From NCBI GenBank assembly GCA_031414955.1, contig JANOQV010000096.1, forward strand, positions 1 through 19,798: a DNA stretch of 19,798 nucleotides, given 5' to 3'. This document shows positions 1 to 7,200 of the stretch, piece after piece. Position numbers and translations under genes: made by a program. Source of the DNA: Pedosphaera sp. GTDB lineage: Bacteria > Verrucomicrobiota > Verrucomicrobiia > Limisphaerales > SIBH01. Every line of letters begins with the position of its first letter. Within the stretch, counting starts at the first letter, position 1. The notes below the pieces were generated by a model. It did not search any database, was not told the origin of the DNA, and saw only the letters and a program-made list of their open reading frames with translations.

Positions 1-141
1 ACGCCGAAATCTATTACAACCGCGTGCGGCGCCACAGCGCACTCGGCTCCAGGTCCCCTGTGGACTTTGAACAGCAACTCAACTAAACAACACCCATGCG
101 CCCCGCCTCTCCAAGGTGTCCATCAAACCGGGTGAAGCCCA
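1..141 (+). mobile_element. Right end of an IS3-family insertion sequence, with right inverted repeat at ~116-141
   Basis: About 30 nt after the transposase stop, GTGTCCATCAAACCGGGTGAAGCCCA (116-141) resembles IS3-family terminal IRs ending in 5'-CA-3'. The left end and target duplication lie outside the window. Confidence 0.75.
3..86 (+). CDS. C-terminal end of an IS3-family transposase (OrfB/integrase core), truncated by the window start; possibly degenerate
   Basis: Frame 3 reads AEIYYNRVRRHSALGSRSPVDFEQQLN*, matching the IS3-family C-terminal signature Y-N-x-x-R-x-H-S-x-L-G-Y-x-S-P-x-x-F-E (the Tyr of 'LGY' is Ser here). Not in the ORF track. Confidence 0.85.
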   Translation, partial: AEIYYNRVRRHSALGSRSPVDFEQQLN

Positions 142-201
142 ACTCAACGGATCGAAAGCGAAGTTGCGTGCGGCCGGCCAAGGCCCATCACACGACGGAA
201 A

Positions 202-1053
202 TCACTTACTGCCACCGGGAACGTAGAGCATGTCGCGCTCACGCGAATACAAGGCAATCTTCTGGTCAATCATGGCCCGTGATGAATCCACGGATTCGCG
301 AAGACCCTTCATGGCGGTGTCATAGGTCTTTCCGGGTGTCTCGCCTATCCAAACCGCGATCATGCCGTCGGCCACGTTTGAAACGCTCACGTAGTCGAGC
401 AGAAGGTCGGCGATATCGAGAAAAGATTTACCTCCCTTGAGGCTGACGCCGCGCACGGCATTGATGCCCTTCTTTTGCGTCAGGTAGAGGTCTTTATGCG
501 CGCCACCAAGATCCTCGTCCACGCTGGTCAACACGGCGTTTACGGCCTTGTCCTTGAGTGAGCCGGCCAGTTCCTCAGCCAGAGCCTTGGCTTCGGTGTC
601 GGCGAGATATTGGGCCGCGACCCTGGCCTTGCCCGTGGCGGTGGCGGCCGCCTTGGCAGTCCTGGCAGCTTGGGCTGCTTTCACGGCCACGGTTCCAATC
701 AGGGTGGCCACGTCGCCCGCGAGATCAAACATGACGCGCTGAGCCTTGTGCCGATACCCTTCCGCCTCCAGCTCGTACCGCAGCCGGTCCGCTTCGCCAG
801 AGACCTGATCTTTCAGGGCGCGCAGCTTGCGGAGCAAAATCTCGTAGCCGGGCCGGCTGCGGGGAATGAAGAGTTTCGCGCCTGTAACCACCAGATCTGG
901 ATTGGGACCGAGCACCGTATGAACTTTGGTATTGTAAACCCAAATGGGTTGCCAAGACGCGAAGCCGTATTTCCCGGCAATCAGCGACAGCGACTCCCCG
1001 CGCGTCACAGTATGAACAACCGGTTGGTTTCCGTTGTAGTTGTTCAGAGGCAT
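202..1053 (-). CDS. LysM-domain protein (283 aa) with a coiled-coil and Ala-rich helical C-terminal region of unknown function
   Basis: N-terminal HTVTRGESLSLIAGKYGFASWQPIWVYN...NPDLVVTGAKLFIP is a recognisable LysM pattern. No signal peptide. The rest is not recognised. Confidence 0.8.
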   Translation of the reverse strand: MPLNNYNGNQPVVHTVTRGESLSLIAGKYGFASWQPIWVYNTKVHTVLGPNPDLVVTGAKLFIPRSRPGYEILLRKLRALKDQVSGEADRLRYELEAEGYRHKAQRVMFDLAGDVATLIGTVAVKAAQAARTAKAAATATGKARVAAQYLADTEAKALAEELAGSLKDKAVNAVLTSVDEDLGGAHKDLYLTQKKGINAVRGVSLKGGKSFLDIADLLLDYVSVSNVADGMIAVWIGETPGKTYDTAMKGLRESVDSSRAMIDQKIALYSRERDMLYVPGGSK

Positions 1054-1353
1054 AAAATCTGATTCGGCTGGGGCGCAGCTTGAACCCCGTATCCGCTCAG
1101 ATCAAGCTGCCAAAGCGGATCGGGGTTGCGAGAAGAACCTCTTGAGATCCATGACGCCAACGGCTCACAGGTGGTAAACGAAGACGCCAGGGCAATTGCC
1201 CGTTGCGAGACACGCCGGCATTGATATACACCTTGGTCGCGGCAGACAGTCGGCGCAGCGCGCCAAACGAAACAGCTTGCAGTTACCGGCGTGTCCGGAG
1301 AGATGCCTGACCTCAAGCGCCGCCGACGTTTTGCAAGACAGCACTCATTCGAG

Positions 1354-2214
1354 ATGAACATGGAGAACCAACCGCACACCTGGCTCATCGGCGAGTCTAA
1401 GCAAGGACACCGACTTGCCCTACGGGGCGGGGGAGACCCTCGTGGAATCCAAGGAACTCCGGTCATCGATCCCAATGCACCGGCGGGAGGTGGAGGACCG
1501 GGGCAATTCAAAGACCCCGCTTGCGTGAACGGGGGGGGCGGGAATGGATCTCCCACTTGCGCCCGAATCCCCGCTGGTCGGCACGCTGCGCCGGCATCTC
1601 CCATGAAGCCTGCTTCCACCGTTGTAACGAAGCCACCTCCGGCCACCAAGCCGAAGACGACCGTCGTCAAAAAGAAGGCGGGCAAGCATGAGGACATCGA
1701 AGTGTACGTCGAGGTAATGGCCGACACCTCCAGCCTCAGCCTTGATGCATCGCAGGCAGAAACCTCCTCCAACTGGGAGGGCGTGACGACCAGCACTCCC
1801 GGCTTCGATTATGTGCCGAAGGGAAAGACCGACGTGGTCTCAGCGGTCAACGGCAAGTTCGAGATCAAAGGGACCATCCTCATTCAGACTTCCTACGGCC
1901 CCATGGCCAAGGCCACGAACATATCCCAATACGGACGGGGCACCACCACTGAGGACGAGAAGAGCGGCAACATCACGCTGGGCTTTCATGAGAGCCGTCA
2001 TCAGATCGATTATTTGAGTTACCTCAGCAGCCATGCGCTGCCAGAATTCACGGGCAAAGTCGGCATGACCACGGATCAATTCCAAGCTGCGACCGACAAG
2101 TTCGGGAGCGACTTCGAGAAGTACCAGAAGGACATGGAGGCCTATTCCGAAAAGCACACCGACGAGGTCGGCTACAAAAGAAGCCAGTTCCTGAAATCCG
2201 GGCCGCGGCCATAA
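1354..2214 (+). CDS. Hypothetical protein with a Gly/Pro-rich N-terminus and a C-terminal HExxH (putative zinc metallopeptidase) domain
   Basis: Long ORF with coding-like GC3 bias and motif ITLGFHESRHQIDY (HESRH at 1987-2001). Start is uncertain (GTG 1291, ATG 1354 or ATG 1360). Confidence 0.7.
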   Translation: MNMENQPHTWLIGESKQGHRLALRGGGDPRGIQGTPVIDPNAPAGGGGPGQFKDPACVNGGGGNGSPTCARIPAGRHAAPASPMKPASTVVTKPPPATKPKTTVVKKKAGKHEDIEVYVEVMADTSSLSLDASQAETSSNWEGVTTSTPGFDYVPKGKTDVVSAVNGKFEIKGTILIQTSYGPMAKATNISQYGRGTTTEDEKSGNITLGFHESRHQIDYLSYLSSHALPEFTGKVGMTTDQFQAATDKFGSDFEKYQKDMEAYSEKHTDEVGYKRSQFLKSGPRP

Positions 2215-2388
2215 GCAGGGGGCGGTTTTCTATTCCCGCGCTATTCGAGCGAGCGGTTCATAGACAGAACTCGGCGGAGGAAAATTGTTCGCGCAAAAAC
2301 CCTTCGGTCTGTCCTTGAGCCTCCTTGCCGAACTTATCACCCAACAAGCAGCGCTTGACGGCCGTAACGGTCCAAAGTCTTACCCAGT

Positions 2389-2665
2389 TCAACAGCCATG
2401 ATTTTCTTGACCTTCCTCGGCTCGCGCACGCTTTTCCCGTCCTTGCTCGGCGTCAATCTTGACCTCCGGTGACGTGTCCGGGTCCGGCGGGTGCCAGTCA
2501 TCGTCCACCTTCGCAATGATCCGAGCCGCCATTGGCGGACGGCGGGTTCGTTCCATTCGGCCCCGGGTCAACGAAGCCCGCGCCGGGCGACCCTCCCGGC
2601 CCATCCGCCGCTTCAGCCTCATCGAGCGGATTTATCCCCATCACACCTGGAATTCGATCGGCCAT
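2389..2665 (-). pseudogene. Possible frameshifted or truncated gene remnant (MADRIPGVMGINPLD...)
   Basis: ATG at 2665 follows an A-rich leader and opens a 55-aa Gly/Pro-rich frame (stop 2498). An overlapping second frame continues with protein-like sequence (MAARIIAKVDDDWHPPDPDTSPEVKID) to 2389. Confidence 0.3.
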
Positions 2666-2917
2666 TTTAGTTGTTGGTTGCTGATCATTTCTTACTGACC
2701 GAAACGCGATGCGCCACACCATTCCGCCCCAGATTTGTGCTCACGGACCTTCGCCGGCGTCAAGGAGGGCGTGGGGTAGATCGGGATGAGAAATGTTGAC
2801 CGTCAGGCCACGCATTTCCTCGAGGCGAACAAGACCTAGGAAAATGGCCATCGGGATTTCCGAGCGCACAGCACATCTCACTCGCCAGTCATCCTGGTTT
2901 CTGACACCTCTTGTCGT

Positions 2918-3025
2918 ATGAACGAATTCCTCGAAGACGTGTTGAGATGGGCTGGCGTCGCAATCATTTTCGGACTTGCGGTCTGGCTTCAACGGAAGTT
3001 TTTTGGTCCCGGCAAAAAGAAGTAG
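2918..3025 (+). CDS. Small single-pass membrane protein (35 aa)
   Basis: MNEFLEDVLRWAGVAIIFGLAVWLQRKFFGPGKKK*: acidic N-terminus, Trp-flanked hydrophobic helix, basic tail. Below the ORF-track size cut-off. No clear SD. Confidence 0.55.
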   Translation: MNEFLEDVLRWAGVAIIFGLAVWLQRKFFGPGKKK

Positions 3026-3060
3026 CGCCCGCACGCCAGAATCGGCTGGATGACATTGAC

Positions 3061-4248
3061 TCATTTTTCTCCGGCTTCTGCGGTCAACTCCCCGGTTTGC
3101 GCCTGCTCCATCTGTTCGAGTTCCTTCTCGGCTTCCTCAACCGCCTTCTCCACCTCCTGCTCCTCCGCGGCGTGCTTCTCCAGTTCCGGCCGGTAACTTT
3201 CCGCTGGGCGCGGAGTGGAATTAAGCGGTTCTTCGACGATTAACACCGGCCCCTGTCCCTCAAGCCCGGCTGCAGGAATTCGCCCGCGCCAGACGAGCAC
3301 CATCTGCAACGCCTCCATATCCACCCAAAGCGTATCGAGATTCATCGTGATTTCTTCAAATTGATTTCTCATCCCGACATTCCGATCCAGCAACGCCCGG
3401 ACCCGTATGCCCGGCAGTCGGCAACGGAAATCCGAATGTTCCGGGTGCATGTTCTGAACGCGCACCTCCTCGTCGCCGCGCAAGTAACCCTGAATCTGCT
3501 GATCCTCGGGGGCGCAATTGTAAAACGCCTCCGAAAAATCCTCGGGCAATTTCGGCGAACGATTCTTCAGCCAGTTCTTGTCGTACGTGCCAGCCTTGCG
3601 AATGCGCGGCTCCCAAGTCCGCCCCACCGGACCAAACCCCATCGGACGCGGATTGCTGCGCCAACTCTTGATGGGATCCTTCCGGTCTTCCAGATTCGGG
3701 AGAGCCAGACTGTCCAATCCACGCCCTTTCGCGGAATAGCCCTTACCAATCGGATTCGGCGGATAGAATCGAAAACCATCAGGTTTGCCCGCATCCTTTC
3801 CGCCAAAAGCATTCTCGTATGAAACCATAATGGACTGGAACGGTTCCGGCTCGGTCATGCGGTGCGTCAAACCCGCCAGCGCCGGCACCCAGCGCCGGTT
3901 CCCGACCACCTGAATCGTTTTGAACCATGAGCCAACGCCAAAACCGACTAGACATTCAGTTGGTGGGGCTCCCCGAGGGGGGAAGGCCCTTCCAACGCAA
4001 AGGGCGTCGGCGCTGGGCTTGAATGGCACGAAGTCCGATTCGTAACGAGTAGCGGTTTTCTCCGGTGCTTCTGGGCAAGAGTCAGCGCCGAACAAGGGGA
4101 TCTGTTTATCCACAGGTTTGAGAGCGCCTGTCTGGCCCAGATCGTAAGTTGCTTTCACAATCACTGTCCACGCATCCAGTCGCCCGAGGCCTCCCAATGG
4201 AGTTACTTGCACATTGAAGGATGTCGAATTGGTAGTTGCGAGTTCCAT
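3061..4248 (-). CDS. DUF2169-family T6SS accessory/adaptor (chaperone) protein, 395 aa
   Basis: Family-typical motifs VIVKATYDL, YESDFVPFKPSADALCVG, YENAFGG, NPIGKGY, LPNLED, GFGPVGRTWEPR, GTYDKNWL, LPEDF..FYNCAPEDQ, LDTLWVD, LVWRG. Likely start is ATG 4248 (preceded by CAGGAAG) rather than 4320. Confidence 0.92.
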   Translation of the reverse strand: MELATTNSTSFNVQVTPLGGLGRLDAWTVIVKATYDLGQTGALKPVDKQIPLFGADSCPEAPEKTATRYESDFVPFKPSADALCVGRAFPPRGAPPTECLVGFGVGSWFKTIQVVGNRRWVPALAGLTHRMTEPEPFQSIMVSYENAFGGKDAGKPDGFRFYPPNPIGKGYSAKGRGLDSLALPNLEDRKDPIKSWRSNPRPMGFGPVGRTWEPRIRKAGTYDKNWLKNRSPKLPEDFSEAFYNCAPEDQQIQGYLRGDEEVRVQNMHPEHSDFRCRLPGIRVRALLDRNVGMRNQFEEITMNLDTLWVDMEALQMVLVWRGRIPAAGLEGQGPVLIVEEPLNSTPRPAESYRPELEKHAAEEQEVEKAVEEAEKELEQMEQAQTGELTAEAGEK

Positions 4249-4297
4249 AACTTCCTGTCCGAGTACGCCGCTAACCGCTTGATAAGCGTCTGCCCGT

Positions 4298-7200
4298 CTA
4301 GCCACCACCTGGCAGGCCAAAGGCTTTGTTAAGTGCTGCTACTCCCTCGGGGGTTCTGGCTTTTGTCTCGGTCGAACCCACCGTGCCCCAGCCCGTATAG
4401 GGGTTGGTGGTCAGGTGTTTGGTTCCGCTAGAATCTGTTTCACGATGAAGTCGGTCCCACTCCTCCTGAGACATCTTGCCTTCCAACACCGCAGGGGCAT
4501 CACCCGTAGGTCGCTTAGTCGTGAATGCCGCGTCATCCGCTGCGCTTTGATCCGTTGAGATGCAGACAAAAGGTGGTTGGACGGGGTCCCCCCGACTGTT
4601 AACAGTCGTAAAGCCCGTTGCTCTCAAAGCATTCTCATCCAGCGTCCCGTGGTAGATGCTCACGGTTTCCGTTCCACACCCGTCGTCGGCGCTCAGCCCC
4701 AATGGATCGGACCAACAGATGGGATCAGCAACGTAAGCATAGGGGTTGTCTCCGCCAGCCAAGCCTGCGGGATCTGGAGAGAGATAGGCCCCGGCCTGCG
4801 GCAAATAATACCGAGCATAGTTGTAATGCAGGCCGGTTTCCTCGTCGCGATACTGGCCCGGCATCGCAATCGGTTGGGCAAATCCTGTTGAGCCGGTCTC
4901 GCTGCTTTCACCCCAAGGCCCAACATCCTTCTCCCAGACCACCTTGCCTTGGTGATTGTTCATCCGAACTGGCGCGCCACGGAGGTCATTGAAGAACGGG
5001 TGGAGACGATACACACCGTCTGAGCCGCTGAGGTAACATGCAAGGGGACTGAAAGACTCAGTGTGATAGACATAATGCCGGGTTTCGCCAGTTGGCAGCT
5101 CTTCATGCACCATTCGGTTGCCGAACCAACCGAAGCGTGTCGTGCCTCGGGAACTTACCTTCTCAATGCGACGCCCCAAAGCATCATATCGCATCTCAAC
5201 GCTTTCCCCGTTGGGCAGTTGGACTTGCTTGAGACGGCCCCCAGCGTCCCAAACGTACCGCGTCGTCTGTTGCTTGGCGTTCGTTAGGGAAGTGACCCGA
5301 CCGCGTTGATCATACTCAAAATAGTCGCCGCCTACCTGGTGCGGACGGTGTCCGGGTAAAAACACTTGACGGTATTGTTCCCCTTGAGCGTCCGTCGCGA
5401 GAATCCGGTTCTCCGAAGAATCGTAGCCCCAGCACTGGCGTCGCGGTTTGCCGTTATCCTGGACAACGACGGCGGTCAGCCTGTCCAAATCATCGCGCTC
5501 GTACTGCTGCTTAATGCCTCCCTTGACTTCTACGCTCTCAAGCCAGCCATTTGCGTCATAACTAAAATCCTCAGTCCGGGTTGCGCCATCCGCGTCCACC
5601 TCCCGCCGCTGCGTCGGTCGGGGTCCACTCCCGTAATCCAGTTCATAGCGGTCACCGCTGGCAAATTCGGCGCATCGCAGGCGATTCTCGGAATCATATT
5701 CAAGTCGCATGTCTGCGGTCCCGTTTCGAACCGCTTCCAGCGTTTTGCCGGCTTGGCTTACGTTTGACCGAAACACTAATTGCAATTGATCTTCCCAGTT
5801 GTATGAGACTTCCTGTCGGGCATCTTCGTGCGAGAATTGCACCGCCCCAAAAGCGCCGCATTCACTTAAAACTCGTCCAACCTCATCCCGCTCTATCTCC
5901 ACGAGACTCTGCGCGTCAGGCCCAGAGGCTGACTGTAAATTGCCCATGGCGTCGTATTCATAAATCAGTTCCACCCCATCCCCGGAAAGCCGACGCGTAA
6001 CCCGCCCCGCGGAGTCCGAGTCCTGCTCGTAAACAAGACTTCCATTTTCGAAAAGCTTGGTGATGAACCCGCGCGCGTCCCGGTCGTAGGTCTGCACTCG
6101 GCCATCGGGATATTCCACGCGCATCGGACGAGAGTAACCTTCGTAATGAAAAACGACCTTTCCGCCGCCAGCCAATTCAATTTCTGTCAGGCGGCATTCC
6201 GTATCGTAGCTAAAGCGCTTCGACCGGCGAACGATCCTCCCATCGGCCAAGGTTACCGCAGGTTGGCCGATGCTCTTGAGCTTGTTGAAGTGGGTGTATT
6301 CGTACTCGGTGGCCCGCCCCTTGGCTTCCGTCACCCGAAGAACCCGGTCTTCCGGATCATACTGGAGCCAAATCCCCCCTCTGCCGCGACGTAAAACTCG
6401 TTCGGGTCGTCGCATGGCGTCGTTGACGATCTCCAGACGAGTTCCGAACTGGTCGGCTTTGAGCAGGAGGTCGCCGGTCGCACTATGCTGGCGCGAAATC
6501 CGTAAGCCATTCGGAGTTATGACGCCGGTTAGATCACCCGAAGCGTTGTACGTGCATAAAGTTTCCGTGCCGTCAGGATGACAAATCCGTGTAACGTTTC
6601 CACGCTGGTCGCGAAATTCCGTCGTCACACGCCCCAAGGGATCAGTAAGAACCTCCCCGCCGGAATCGCCGTCGCTCCGCTGCCACTTCTGTCCCGCCAA
6701 GTCCGTGTACAACACCAGCCGACCTTGGAGATCCCACTTGAAGGACGCGCTATTGCCTTCGGGATCTTCAGCGGCAGTCAGGCGTCCTTGGTCATCATAT
6801 TCATAGGCCGAAGCGTTTCCCAGCGCATCTACGACCCTTATGGCCTGCAAAGAGTCGTTATACTTGGTTACCCGACTGTGTCCCCAGTGGTCCGTCTCCC
6901 GGGTTACTACACCCAAATTGGTCCACTCGTAGGTTTTGCTGCAGCCCAGCGAGTCTGTGACCCGAGTCATTCCTTTTTGCCGGTCATAGTGCATCTGACG
7001 GTAAAGAATGCCGCCATCCCCCCAAGTCTCTTGGCACCAACCGTCCTGGTCATAATTGAAGTAAAAGGAAAAGCCCGCTCGATCCATTTCCTGCACGAGC
7101 AGGTGATTGGCATAGGCAAAACGCAAGCTATGTCCCGAGGCATCACGAACCTCGATTAGGTCGTCCTCGGCAGAATAGGCGTAAGTCCTGATCGTTTGGG

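Noticed and set aside
96..440. 114-aa plus-strand ORF spanning the IS end
   Set aside because: Arg/Ser/Cys-rich, crosses the IR and is antisense to the LysM gene; spurious.
1044..1796. 250-aa minus-strand ORF
   Set aside because: Antisense to the HExxH gene, which has the better coding signature; Cys/Pro/Arg-rich, non-protein-like composition.
2741..3064. 107-aa minus-strand ORF with an ATGA overlap on the DUF2169 stop, a positional candidate for immunity
   Set aside because: No recognisable motif, and it overlaps the more protein-like 35-aa membrane ORF on the opposite strand. Not called, but not fully excluded.
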